In this document: positions 38,097 to 52,192 of the stretch, in pieces
Layout: each line of letters starts with the position of its first letter
Numbering within the stretch: the first letter of the stretch is position 1
DNA from: Squalus acanthias
Taxonomy: Eukaryota
Length of the DNA: 64,000 nucleotides
Assembly: GCA_030390025.1 (NCBI GenBank)
Contig: CM059453.1
Span: 6,882,001 to 6,946,000 of the forward strand
Reading direction: 5' to 3'
Program-made: the position numbers and the translations under genes
Notes under the pieces: model-generated
Seen by the model: the letters and a program-made list of their open reading frames with translations, nothing else
Databases searched by the model: none
Told to the model about the DNA's origin: nothing

Positions 38097-38408
38097 TTTT
38101 AACATCCAGTGTAAGAGTTTCTTCATCAGTAGCTGTGACACCGTCGACTATAAGTTTACATCCCAGCTTCTTCCCATGATGGTCCAGTGATGAGCTGAAG
38201 TTGAAAGTGGATGAAACCTTATGGGAATCGTCGAAACTGTTATCATGTCCTTTTGAAGTTTTAATCGCTGGCAGAAATGGAGGTACAACATTGTCATGGG
38301 TCCACATCAATTCAAGTTTGGCGGACGGGCAACTGTGGGTGACTGAGCAGGTCAGGTGTGCTGACTTTCCTGCAATCAATTCCCCAGAGACTGATATCCG
38401 TGGTTTAT
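38097..38408 (-). CDS. Siglec-like gene 2, exon 3: C2-set Ig domain 2
   Basis: 312 nt, canonical splice sites, LTCSVTHSCPSAKLELMW. Confidence 0.92.
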
Positions 38409-39605
38409 CTGTAAGGAGAGAAGGACATTCGCGTTACAGTAGATTTTAATTTAAATAATGTCCAACGGTGTGAAATTTGATTTAGCTCAAATAATTTGAA
38501 ACACGACCCTATGATATGGGGGTCCATAAATGATCAGATTGAAGCAATCCCTCCTAAGTATTGACCATGTCCTCTGACCTGTCCATTAGAAGTACAAATC
38601 TTGATTTAATTAAACACATCCTTGAGGGATTGAATTTTGACAAACCGGTCTTTACTTTTATTCATTCATGGAATGTGAGCGTCGCTGACAAGGCCACCAT
38701 TTATTACCCATCCCTAATTGACCTTGAGAAGGAGGAGGTGAGCCACCTTCTTCAACCGCTGCAGTCCCTGTGCTGAAGGTACTCCCACAGTGCTGTTAGG
38801 GAAGCAGTTCCATGGATTTGACCCAGCGACGATGAAAGTTCGGCGATATATTTCCAAGTCAGGATGGTGTGTAACTTGGAGGGGAACTTGGAGATGGTGG
38901 TGTTCCCATGCGCCTGCTGCCCTTGTCCTTCGAGGTGAAAGAGGTCGCGGGTTTGGGAGGTGCTGCCGAAGAAGCCTTGGCGAGTTGCTGCAGTGCATCT
39001 TGTAGATGGTAAATACTGCAGCCATGGTACGCCGGTTTTGGAGGGAGTGAATGTTTAATGTGGTGGATGGGGCGCCAATCAGGCGGGTTGCTTTGTCCTG
39101 GATGGTGTCGAGCTTCTTGAGTGTTGTTGGAGCTACACTCATCCAGGCAAGTGAAGAGTATTCCATCACACTCCTGACTTGTGCCTTGTTGATGGTGAAA
39201 AGGCTTTGGGGAGTCAGGATGTGAGACACTCGCCGCAGAATACCTCGCCTCTGACCTGCTCTTTTTGCCACAGTATTTATGTGGCTGGTCCAGTTAAGTT
39301 TCTGGTCAATATTGAACGCCAGGATGTTGATGGTGGGGGATTCGGCAATGGCAATGCCATTTAGCATTGCACTTACTGAATGACCAACAGAGGGAGATTC
39401 TGCAAATTACTATGAAGGCCAGCGCCCCATTTCAGTTCAAGTCAAATCATAACACACACCTGGGTATTACACAATGGACCAGTCTGCCGGTGCAGCCTGT
39501 GACATGGGGCAAGAGTAACACGAAATCTTTCCATTTTATGCTAAAATTAAATGGCACTGGCGCGATGGAATATAAACTACATAAGGAACAAATCAAAAAA
39601 CCTAC

Positions 39606-39986
39606 CTAAAATAGAAAGAGTGACCTTAGATTCGGTAGAATATCCTTCTCTCTTATTCTGGGCATTGATGATCTCCAATTTGATATAATAAACACCTTCA
39701 TCGAACGTCCTGATGTCCTTTAACTGTAAGGAACATTGTTTCTTTTCAAAGTCGCCGGTGAACTGAGCTCGCCCTCTGTAGTTCAAGGGCACGATGTCTG
39801 AATTCCGGGAATCACAGATAATCGACACCCCTGAGGTACCAGGTTTAGGACCCCCCTTTAACCACATACCCTGTGGACTGCGGCCATAGGCGGGATAATC
39901 AAATGTACACGGGATCTCTGCACATGACTCGTTTACCGCCGACACCTTCCACGGCACCTTCACAGACCATCGTGAACTATGGACAA
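39606..39986 (-). CDS. Siglec-like gene 2, exon 2: V-set Ig domain
   Basis: 381 nt, canonical AG/GT, 6 nt differences from gene 1; ESCAEIPCTFDYP...DEGVYYIKLE. Confidence 0.92.
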
Positions 39987-40382
39987 CTGGTGAAAAAACA
40001 GAAATTAAAAACACAATGAAATCCGCAATAATATCGCAATTTAAACATACCCTGACCGTCAAGTTAAATACTGTTAATTTAACCTTTAATAAACATCCAC
40101 AAACATATTCATTAGTACATCCATTAATACTCGTGAAAGTTTCATTAAAACTCTTCAGATTCCATTAAGTATTCCATTGAAAGTCGATAAATCATAGAGT
40201 AAATATTAGATCATTCTTATAAAATATAAGATAATTTTTCGAATGAAATATACATTAAATGGGCAAATCGGTCATTTGTAAATTTCCAACTAAACATGTA
40301 CTATCTCCACAAACAATGAACGTGTTAATTTGCCACAAAATGGAAATCGCTTCTATATTAATTATTAAAATGAATATTTTAC

Positions 40383-40425
40383 CTTCGCTAAATATCAGAA
40401 GGGAGATCAATCTAATACTCTTCAT
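40383..40425 (-). CDS. Siglec-like gene 2, exon 1: signal peptide
   Basis: 43 nt, identical to the gene 1 leader, phase-1 GT donor. Confidence 0.85.
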
Positions 40426-40799
40426 GACTGGAGGCGGTTGACGATGTCAGAATGTCGGAGATTGTTTTTATCACAGATATAATTAATCAGGTTTCTAGAT
40501 TCCATTCGCCGGTAATAGACTGGAGTTCATAGCTTAACGAATCAGAGTATTAGGAGGTCAGCAGTTCGCCACCCACCAATCATTGGGAACCGTGGTAGCT
40601 CAGACAGCTTGCGCCACTTCTCAAATGTTGGCGATTAAAACTGCTGGAAATCTGAGTCACTTCGAGTATGACAGTGTGCATCAGTGATTGGCCCTCAGTT
40701 ACAGGATATAATGAGGCCCGGTTACTGCTGATTAACCCTGAGCAGAGATGAACCCAGCCCCCTTATCATCTGTACAGTTACAGGACAGGCAGTGGCACT

Positions 40800-43700
40800 T
40801 TAGATTGCAATATCTAAAATAGCCTCTCCACCAGCTTTAGACGCCCCGACTCCCAACTCCCACACACGGAGCTATTTAACAGCCCTTGAACTGCGAGTCT
40901 TTGAAGTGTGAAGCTGTGGTTAGCTCTGCAGCCGTTGTCTGTAGACGTGTGGGTGGATCACCTTCAGTCGTTCGGGGGCACAACACGTATCTGAAATGTC
41001 AAAAGACACAAAAGAGTTTATCTTTCAAGAGTTTCAAGTGGGTAAAGTGCCATTTTTAGAAGTCACTTCAATTGTTTATACTGACACTGCAGCGAGATGA
41101 AATCTGCTGAAATTAACTCATTGAGATCCGAGATTATAAAATTTCTGACTTTAGTGCTGGAACTGAGAGGTGTGTCTTGATCTTTTAGATTGAAGTGCCA
41201 ATGCTGCTGGAAACAACATGGATATTTTTTTTATCTGCGGGAACAAATCTCTGCGGATTGTTCAATGGAATGAAATCCTGAATACCAACTGGGCGCAATT
41301 GGAATCAGATTAAGAAGCAGAATCAGTCCAGATTAGTTGGAAGATAAGAGGACCGTATCACTGCTACCATGAAGGGGTTAGTGATCAATCGCTACCTTAC
41401 CTTATAGATCTCAGTAAAGCACCTCGGATGAGCCTCGTGCAGTTTGAACAACTCACTCTTTCCCATTTTCACAATTCTAAATCTGAAATCCGTTATACTT
41501 TCCTGAGGAAATTGCTTATTTTTCTGCCGCTCCCCCATTACAATATGTTGAGCGTTCTATTCATACTAATTGGACTTCTCCACACAGGAAAGATATTTAA
41601 CACTCCGGCTTTTTCTGAAGCATACAAGAAGAGGGGCTCAGCAGCCGCGACAGACAGATCAGGGCTCCTGAAGATCCCGGGCAATCAAAGCCTTGTCGAA
41701 CACCAGGAACCGTTGAAAAGGCAAAACAGATCAGTCGCTATCTGTTGGGTGATGATGTCAGTGAACATTTTGTGTAAAGAATTAATCAGAATTGAAAACG
41801 GAAGGTAATCAAACTGTTTTGTAAAGCGAGAAAGAAGAAGCCTTTGCGAGGGAACAGAGGCCCCCTTTACAGGATGGGCATCACTGGCTTACAAACAAGT
41901 TAGTACAAGGCTGTTACAACATATAAAATATCATCGGGCAGTGAATGGAAATACAATATAAGAATGGAGGAAAGTGCAAACGGTACAGCGGATGATAATT
42001 GTCCAGCAGGAACACATCATGTGACTTTCTGAATGTGACTGTTTTTAACATTCTCGGATATATATGCACTGAATGGAACATGCAGTCCCAGTGCAATGCC
42101 AGTATCTATGCACTATCTCTGGTTTCGGCAATTCAGGAAAGGGAACAGTGCCATCTCGGGAGTGCCTCGTGGTTATTCCACTCCCTCAAGAATATTAATT
42201 CAGTGAATGAGAGTGAGACAGAGTGAAATGCACACGGGCAAGTTGCAGCGTCCACCCGACCAATAGTCATTCACCCGCTCAACTAATTGTCTTACAATCG
42301 GTGCTGACACTAATTGTAGGGTATATGGTAGTTTAGATTGCAATATCTAATCTAGACTCTCCACCAGCTTTAGAAGCCCCGACACACAACTCCCACACAC
42401 TGAGTTATTTATCAGCCCTTGAACTGCGAGTGTTTGAAGTGTGAAGCTGTCGTTAGTCCTGTAGCCGTTGTCTGCAGACGTGTGGGCTGATCACCTTCTG
42501 TAGTTCGGGGACACAACACGTATCTGAAATGTCAAAAGATACAAAGGAATTTATCAGTAAACAGTTTCAAGTGGGTAACGTGCCATTTTTAGAAGTGACT
42601 TCAGCTGTTTATACTGACACTGCAGCGAGATGAAATCTGCTGAAATTAACTAATTGAGATCCGAGTTGCTACAATGACGGGTTTATGAAGATTCTGACTT
42701 TAGTGCTAGAACTCTGAGGTGTGATTAAGCATTTAGATTGGACTATCAATGCTGCTGGAAACAACGTTGATATTTTTATCTACAGGAAGAAATGCCTGCG
42801 AATTGATCAGTGGGCTCAAATCCTGGATCCAAACGGGAACCTCATTCGCACACAGTCCAGATTCAAACTGGGCGCATTTGGAATCAGATTATGAAGCAGA
42901 ATCAGTTCAGATTATTTGGAAGATAAGAGGACCGTATCACTGCTACCATGAAGGGGTAAGTGATCAATCGCTACCTTACCTTATAGATCTCAGTAAAGCA
43001 CCTCGGATGAGCCTCGTGCAGTTTGAACATCTCAAGCTTTTCCATTTTCACAATTCTAAATCTGAAATCCGTAACACTTTCTTGAGGAAATTGCTTATTT
43101 TTCTGGCGCTCTCCCATTACAATATGTTGAGCGTTCTATTCATACTAATTGGACTTCTCCACACAGGAAAGATATTTAATACTCCGGCTTTTTCTGAAGC
43201 TTACCAGAAGAGGGGCTCGGCAGCCGCGACAGATAGACCAGGGCTCCTGAACATCCCGGGCAACCAAAGCTTTGTAGAACACCAGGAACCGTTGACAAGG
43301 CAAAACAGGTCAGTCGCTATCTGTTGGATGAAGATATCAGTGAACATTTTTTGTAAAGAATTAATCAGAATTGAAAACGGAAGGTAATCAAACTGTTTAG
43401 TAAAGCGAGAAAGAAGAAGCCCTGACGAGACAACAGAGGCCCACATTACAGGATGAGGATCACTGGCTTACAAACCAGTTAGTACAAGGCTGTTACAACA
43501 TATAAAATATCATCGGGCAGTGAATGGCAATACAATATAAGAACTGAGGAATGTGCAATCGGTACAGAGGATGATAATTGTCCAGCAGGAACACACCATG
43601 TGACTTTCTGAATGTGACGGTTTTTAACATTCTAGGATATATACGCACTAATTTGAACATGCAGTCCCGGTGCAATGCCAATTTCTCTGGACTATCTCTG

Positions 43701-44687
43701 GGTTTGGGAATTCCGGAAAGTGAACAGTGCCTTCTCGGGAGTGCCTCGTGTTTTTTCCACTCCCTCAATGATATTAAATAAGTGAATGAGAGTCAGTGAG
43801 ATTGAAATGCACACGGGCAAGTTGCAGCGTTCACGCGACCAATAATCATTCACCCGCTCAGCTAATTTTCTTACAATCGGTGCTGACACTAATTGTAGGG
43901 TATATGTTACTTCAGATGGCAATATCTAACCTGGACTCTCCACCAGCTTTAGAAGCCCCGACAAACAACTCCCACACACTGAGCTATTTATCAGCTCTTG
44001 AACTGCGAGTGTTTGAAGTGTGAAGCTGTCGTTAGTCCTGTAACCGTTGTCTGCAGACGTGTGGGTTGATCACCTTCAGTAGTTCGGGGACACAACACGT
44101 ATCTGAAATGTCAAAAGATACAAAAGAGTTTATCAGTAAAGAGTTTCAAGTTTTTAAAGTGCCATTTTTAGAAGTGACTTCAGCTGCTTAAATTAACAGT
44201 CCAGCGAGATGAAATCTGCTGAAATTAACTCATTGAGATCCGAGTTGCTACAATGACGTGTTTATGAAGATTCTGACTTTAGTACTAGAACTGCGACGTG
44301 TGACGTGAGCTTTCAGATTAGTGTTTCAATGCTGCTGGAAACAATGTGGATATTTTTATCTACGGGAAAAAAATGCCTGCAAATTGATCAGTGGGATCAA
44401 ATCCTGGATACAAACGGGAACCTCATTCGAACACAGTCCAGCTTCAAACTGGGCGAATTTGGAATCAGATTAAGAAGCAGAATCAGTTCATATTAGTTGG
44501 AAGATAAGAGGACCGTATCACTGCTACCATGAAGGGGTTAGTGATCAATCGATACCTTACCTTATAGATCTCAGTAAAGCACCTCGGATGAGCCTCGTGC
44601 AGTTTGAACAACTCACTCTTTTCCATTTTCACAATTCTAAATCTGAAATCCATTACACTTTCCTGAGCAAATTACTTATTTTTTCTG
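40800..44687. repeat. Paralogous ~1.55-kb tandem repeat upstream of gene 2
   Basis: Unit starts near 40800, 42333 and 43911. Confidence 0.9.
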
Positions 44688-45375
44688 GTGTCTCGGGAAT
44701 AATCTCCACGCCCACCTCTCCGCCCCAACCAACTTCCACCACCTATGATATTCCAATTTGCACTAATTTCCTTCACACTGTATTAATAGTCTTCATTTTG
44801 TATTTCTTGTCATGTAATTATTATCTCATTGTTGATATTCTATTTGCTTTTTGCTGGTTTTCTTAAGCAAGATCCTGTTGTTGATTTAAGCAGTTACCTT
44901 AATTTCTTTATGCCACTGACAATATCAAATTCTACCCCAATTAATTACTCTCACAGTTCCTATTACTACCTGTTGCTGTAACTATTAAATAGCATTTTTC
45001 ACTCTATTTAATAACATAAATATTAGGCCACTATTTACTTTAAGAATCTCAGCTTCTTAAGATCAAATGTTCATAGTATCTATTAGGTTTTCTACAGAAT
45101 AAAGAGTGAGAGAGAGAAAGCCTGTGAGAGAGAATATGACAGAGAAAGATGGAGACAGGGAATGCGTGCTAAGATCCATGTCACAGACTGGATTTACAGG
45201 TTAGTTTATGGATGTGTGTTCAGTTCCAGGGCCCAGTTTTTCTTTTTAAACAGATAAAATGATAATATCATAAGTGTGGACACCCGTTGCTTTATGTGTG
45301 TCTGTGTTGGTGGGCTTGGGTTCAGATCCAGGGCCCAGTTTGTTGTTTTTCTATTCACTTTGCGGGCCAAGTTTG

Positions 45376-45635
45376 GTTTGACTGACTAGTTTAGGGGTGT
45401 GTGTTCAGACCCAAGTCTCAGCTTGGCTTTACTGACTAGTTTAGGGGTGTATGGTCAGACCCAGGTCTCAGCTTGGCTTTACTGACTAGTTTAGGGATGT
45501 GTGTTCAGACCCAGGTCTCAGCTTGTTTTACTGACTAGTTTAGGGATGTGTGTTCAGACCCAGGTCTCAGCTTGGCTTTACTGACTAGTTTGGGGATGTG
45601 TGTTCAGCCCCAAATCTCAGCTTGGCTTTAGTGAC
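45376..45635. repeat. ~50-bp minisatellite, 5 copies (paralog)
   Basis: Same unit as 17476-17835. Confidence 0.92.
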
Positions 45636-48600
45636 CAGTATAAAAATATATGTTCAGGCCCAGAGACCCTTTCGGTTTTATGGACACATTTAAGGATGTG
45701 TGTTCAGATTGAGGACTGAATTTGTTTTTTTATTGCTTTTTCTTTTGGTTCTTTCTTGACTAGTTTATTGAATGTGTGTTCAATCCAGGCCACCGCTTGG
45801 TTTGACTGTCTGGATGAGAAATGTCTGTGCAGATCCAGGGCCCAGTTGGGTTTTACGGACTCAATTAGGGATATGTGTTCAGCTCCAGGGCCCAGTTTTG
45901 TATTAACCACAGATGATGCCGAATGTCTGGGCAATCCCAGAGTGGAGGTTGGTGCAGTGCATTCTGCTCAATTATGCCGCAAACAATACCCAGATTGCTT
46001 TGAGAATGTCAGGTGATGTGATGTGTGGTCAACTTCGGGACACATTTCATGGTTAACACAGAATGTTCCTTGGTGTCTGCTCAGTGTCTCATTCAGTGTG
46101 GCTGCACCGAGGTAGATTTATTTACACCGTGTGCCAGTATAGCACCAGCACAGAGTTGTGAAGTGCTGTGTTCTATTTAGAGCCCCTGTAGCTGTGTTTA
46201 CAACAGCACACAGCCCGCCGCTATCTATGACGTTCTTGGGTGTGAATCATTCTGGACAATGGAACCAGAATGAGTTTATATGTGATCAGGCACCATCCGT
46301 TTATACTCTATGCTGCATCTTGAAATGACTTGTTGTGTTTGCAGCTCTGTGTTTGAACTGTACTGCAAAGTGAGAGCTCAGAGTTGACAGTGAATTACAG
46401 GAAACATAGAAACATAGAAGATAGGAGCAGGAGTAGGCCATTCGGCCCCTCTAGCCTGCTCTGCCATGCAATGCGATCATGGCTGATCATCCAAATTCAG
46501 AACCCTGTCCCTGCTTTCTCCCCATATCCCTTGATCCCTTTTGCCTTTAGAAATATATTCAACTCCTTCTTGAATATATTTAATGAATTGGCCTCTACTG
46601 CCTTCTGTGATAGAGAATTCCACAGGTTCACTAAGTGGATAACCTCGCATTTATATTGCATCTGCCATGCTTCTGCCCAGTCACCAACCTGTCCAAATCA
46701 TCCTGGAGTTTCTCGGCATCCTCCTCACAGCACACACGCCCAGCCAGCTTTGTGTCGTCTGCAAACTTGGAGATATTACATCGAGTTCCCTTGTCTACCT
46801 CATTAATATATATTGTTAATAGCTGGGGTCCAACGACCGATCGCTGGGGTACTCCAAAATCACTGCCTGCCACTCGGAAAAAGACCCGCTTATTCCAACT
46901 CTTTGCTTTCTGTCTGCCAACCAGTTCTCTATCTAAGTCAATACCTTGCCCCCAATCCCATGTGCCTTATCTTTACACGCTAATCTCTTATGCAGGACCT
47001 TATCGAAAGCTTTTTGAAAGGACGGGTCGGAGATATGCCGCAAAACTGAGCGCGATTCTCTGACCAACCATCGCTGCATGTTCGGCCCACTGCTTGGAGA
47101 ATGGGATTGTGCATTTATCCCTATCATCAGAAAGTAAGATACAAGGAAGATGTCACTCCCTCTATATCATGACAATAGGTGCATGGGAGGTCCATCACCT
47201 CCAAGTTCCCATCCAAGTCACAACCAACACTGACTTGGAAATATACAACCGTCCCTTCTACATCGCTGGGTCAAAATCCTGGAACACCCTCCCTAACAGC
47301 ACTGTGGGAACACCTTCGCCACGCGGACTGCAGCGGTTCAAAAAGAAGGCTCACCAAAACCTTCTGAACAGCAACTAGGGATGGACAATAAACGAGGACC
47401 TGCAAGTGACGCCACATATCAAGAATGAATTAAAGATATGCCCCTTTATTTTTCCATGCCCCTCCCATGTTGCAATTCTGCCCCAGTTGTGAAATTGTTG
47501 CCCATTATTAAAATACATTCCCACCAGTACCTCAAACAATTGCCCATTTTTAACTTGCAAGCCTAATAAAGAGTGTATGTGGGATGTCAGACCGGAGAGA
47601 GGGCCCTGACTGAAGCTTCTAAATCCAACAGCGCCACACAGTGGCCGACCGCAGGTATTACATGGGCTATTTGTCACTGTATCATCAGACACATCCGAGC
47701 CCAACTGAGGCAGACATCCTGTATCATGCCAAGATAAACTCCGAGTCCACCTCACCCTCCCAACATAGACTATCGAAAGTTGTTACAGCGTGTGCAGAAC
47801 GAAGCAGCTGTGGCTGGATAATGTCTTCTTCCTGATGCAATGCACTTTCCACCATTGAACAAAAGATGTGATACGTATTGTGATCTGGTCGATTTCCACA
47901 CATCCTCTCAATAGAAGGAAGCGCACCAACTGCCATTTCAATCACTTTGTAGACCAGGCCCATGAATCTTATGTTATCCAAGCTAAACGCATGCGGAACA
48001 AGTTTTGAAGCTTGCTATATTCCTCTTGTTAAGACACTCTGCTCTTACTGGCATACAGAGTCTGGGTGTATTAAGTTGAATTATAGTAAAGTGTGGAGTT
48101 TTGCTTAGGTGTCTCGTTGCGACATTTCATGCAAATTCTTCTGTTTGATGCTTGGAACACAGTGTGATTTTATGGAAATCAAGGTGATTTTCAAATTGAA
48201 TTGGAACATTGCAATCTGTTAAACTGTGATGGCAAATAAGTTACTGTTGATTTTTGCACTGAGTTTCAGGAAACCCGACTAACCCGCCTCTCCAACATTC
48301 CTGTTCTGATGTTTATTGGTAGAATCATAGAATAATACAGTACAGAAGGTAATTATTCACCCCATCGTGCCTGTGCCGTCTCTTTGAAAGAGATATCCAG
48401 TCAGTCCCATGCGTCTGTTCTTTCTCCATGACCCTGCAAATTATTCCTTTTAAAGTATAACTCCAGTTCACTTTAGATAGATACTATTCAATTTGATACT
48501 ATCACAGCTTCAGGCAGTGCATTCCATGTCATAACAATTCTCCGTTTATACTCTGCAATTTTTTCCAAAATTTACATTCCAGCACCTTGTAGTGTTCTGC

Positions 48601-51600
48601 ATGTTTGATCGTCACCCCATCCACCACCTTAAACATTCACTCCCTCCACCACCGGCGTATCGTGCCTGCAGTGTGTACCATCTACAAGATGCACTGCAGC
48701 AACTCGCCAAGGCTTCTTTGACAGCTACTCCCAAACCAGAGGCCCCTTCCACCTAGAAGGAGAAGGGCAGCAGGCACAATGGAGCAAAACCACCTCCAAG
48801 TTCCACTCCAAGTCACACACCACCCTGACTTGGAATTATATCGCCGTTCCTTCATCGTCGCTGGGTCAAAATCCTGGAACTCCATTCCTAACAGCACTGG
48901 GGGAGTAACTTCACCACACAGACTGCAGCGGTTCAAGAAGGAGGCTCACCGCCACCTTCTCAAGGGCAATTAGGTATGGGCAATCAATGCTGGCCTTGTC
49001 AGCGACGCCCACATCACATGAATCAATAAAAAATAATAGTGGCGTCCTGTGCATATCTTCTTTCCATGCATCCCACCATTTGTTCCCAGGACTTACTGTT
49101 GCCTAGGCCTTGTGGAACCCCCCATTATATCCACTACCCCTCTCTATGTCTCTATCATCCCTCAACGTCATATTTTGGTCCTAGCCTGCAATTTACTCTC
49201 TCTCTAAACCTCTTAAACTTTCTCCACTGTCTTGAAATGTACTCCTCTTGCTATAAACTCTGAAAGCGCTTCAGGACGTTTTATACTTCAAGGCACTATG
49301 TTGAAGTTGATTTTCATAAGAGGTTGTACATCACCCAATATATCTCACATTGGCGGTGGTTACTGGATTGGCAATGGACACATGTAGATTACCCATTGAA
49401 TCTTGCAGACGGTGCTTTCAAATGAACTTTCCTGCGGGCACCTGACCCACGCATTGTATCTCAGAGTGGGTGGTCTGAATCGACTACCTGTGGCGATGTG
49501 TAATGTACCTATTGTGTCGTACATTGGAACAGTTATTGATTATCCCTGAAGCCCAGTGTCTCATCCATTGAATCTCAGATTATGGTTGGCTAATTGATAA
49601 CGGTGGGGAGATGAAGATTGTTCATTGTATCTCGCACTGGGAGCTGTGGATGCTGGTTTGGGACCCGCTCATATATCCATGCTCCGAAATCCAGCGGAAT
49701 TATTGTGCTAATTTACAACAGAGGAAATACATAATCTAATATATATGCTAAATACCACTGACCTGACAGACAATAGTGAAAAGTGAGCTTATATTGCAAC
49801 ACTGATAAACAGGTAGAAATAACCAGTGTCCTATTATTATAACATATTTTATAATCTTAGTTGTTCGGTTGGCCTCTCTTGACCTGAAGTAGAGAGTCAT
49901 ATGAAGCAGATTGTCGGAATATTCCTCCGGTGGCTGTGTTTTAGTCACAGTGTGACCCTCATGGTAAGGTTTATTTCTATTGCAATCATAACACCCAGGG
50001 AACGTTTGCGATTTTAATGGAGATACTGAAGAGGGAAGTGTTCACGATGTGCATTTGCAATGTCACTAACTAAATATAATCCCCCAGAAATATTCACACT
50101 GTCAGGACCACAAACAGATAAAAGGGGATGATTTGCAGTTGTTGTACAGAAGCCTTAACAGGAGACTATTCCTTCAGTTGACTGCACTGAGCCTGACCGG
50201 GGAAAGTTGGATGATTATTTTAAATGTATGTCAAGTGTTCCACTCTCAGCTCCACTGAGCTCAAGTAACAGATAACAAGGGAAATGATTTATGACTTTTT
50301 AATAAAGCATTGGATACACTAAACAATGACAAATTATGTGTTACATCGTGACCCTCTTCTAACACTGGCCTCGCCATTTTTGAACAAGAATCCATTTTCT
50401 GAGGGGGCTTGTCAGGGTAGAAGCAGAGAGGGTTTTTCCCCTCGAGGAGGAATCTAGATCTAGGGGTCATAGTTTCAGAATAATATGCGTCCCATTTAAA
50501 ACGGAGATGAGGAGGAATTTCTTCTCTTAGAGGGTCGTGAATCTTGAAATTCTCTTCCCCAGAGAACTATGGAGGCTGAGTAATTGAATATAGTAAAGGT
50601 GTAGATAGACCGATTGTTGAACTATCGGGGAGTCAAGGGTGATGGAGAGCGGACAGGAAAGTGAAGTTGAGACCAAGATCAGATCAACCATGATCTTATT
50701 GAATGGCGGAGCAGGCTCGAGGGGCCGAATGGCCTACTCCTGCTCCTATTTCTTATGTTCTTATGTTCTGTACAGTTTGATAACGAGCAGAATCTAATGC
50801 GTGCAGCAATACTTGACAAAATACCCAGATCCATTATTTATAATGTTTTGCTTACACTGTAAACTGATACTGAAAGTCTCTTATAGAATTCAAATGTTGA
50901 TAAAAGTCCGGCTGTTGTAAAGGAAACTGATGGGAACTGGCAGTGAGATGTGAAGGTTTATTATACTGGGCTGGCAGAGGCTGACAAATTAATCCAGCTG
51001 ACGATAGAGAGGTTCATCGTTGATCGCCAGGGTTCTCTATGAATGTAACAGAGGGAGCTCTGCAATGAAAACACTGTTAACATTACTTAGGAAGACTGCT
51101 ATTCTATTAAAGCACATCAAAAACTGTTTCAAAGTTACTCTGACCTTTAAAGCCCAAAGCATTTCAGACATGTGGTTTGAATGAAAACATGTGCGGGATT
51201 GTAAATTTAAAAAGCAACAAGCAGAATTGAAAAATGCTAACAATTAATCTGCGAAATATGCTCATTTTCACAGCAATCCCAGGAATGTGAGGTTTTTTTC
51301 TATCTCATGAACCGGTTGTGTTGAGATATTGATGAGCTCCAACAGTCCAAAAGGATTAAATCCCACTGGATTTGATTTAAGCTTAATCGCGGTCTATACA
51401 CTGACTCCTCATTCTGGAGATATCCTTCATGTTTGTGAAGACTTCAAATATTCACCGATTGCGTGCAGAACCTCTACAATCTGCGATGATTGCTGGATGT
51501 AGATCATCTGATAGCAATATTTCGATACTGGTCTTGGCTCTGTAACAGAAATGAGTGGCTAAGAGAGGGAGCAAGAGATACGGGTATGAGGGCGCTTCCT

Positions 51601-51770
51601 CGATCAGAATAACCCTCTTTCTCGCTTCTCTGATCATTTTTCATTGTTCTCACTCAGGGAGGGACTCATTCTGAGCTTTGGAACATACAGTCGTCTGGAA
51701 AGACGAACAGGAAATAATCGACTGGTCAATGAGCCTATCCAAAACAGTCAAGACGCAACAATGCACCATG

Positions 51771-52192
51771 ATGAGTGGTTAGCACTGGTGCCTCACAGCG
51801 CCAGAGACCCGGGTTCGAATCTGACCTCGGGTGACTGTCTGTGTGGAGTTTGCACATTCTCCCCGTGTCTGCGTGGGTTTCCTCCGGGTGCTCCGGTTTC
51901 CTCCCACAGTCCAAAAATGTGTGGGTTAGGTTGATTTGGCTATGATAAATTGACCCTTAGTGTTAGGGGGGATTAAATATGTGGGGTTATGGGGATAGGA
52001 TGGGATATGTTAGGGGGAATTAAATACGTGGGGTTACGGGGGTAGGGTGGGATATGTGTACTGTGGGGATTAAAGCAGGGACAGGGTACTGGATTTGGAT
52101 GATCAGCCATGATCGTATTGAATGGCGGAGCAGGCTCGACGGGCCGAATGGCCTACTCCTGCTCCTAGATTCTATGTTTCTATGTTTCTATG
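51771..52192 (+). mobile_element. HE1-like V-SINE, present only in unit B
   Basis: tRNA-like head (GTGGTTAGCACT..GGGTTCGAATC); V-domain-like GTGTGGAGTTTGCACATTCTCCCCGTGTCTGCGTGGGTTTCCTCCGGGTGCTCCGGTTTCCTCCCAC; CR1-type tail (TTCTATGT)n. Empty site near 26205. Confidence 0.85.

Noticed and set aside
27862-40425. Assigning the symbol MAG, CD22 or a numbered SIGLEC
   Set aside because: Domain number, Lys at the essential-Arg site, charged TM and tandem multiplicity do not support one-to-one orthology without a phylogeny.
51771-51835. tRNA gene (also near 1513-1580)
   Set aside because: These are tRNA-derived SINE heads continuing into SINE bodies.
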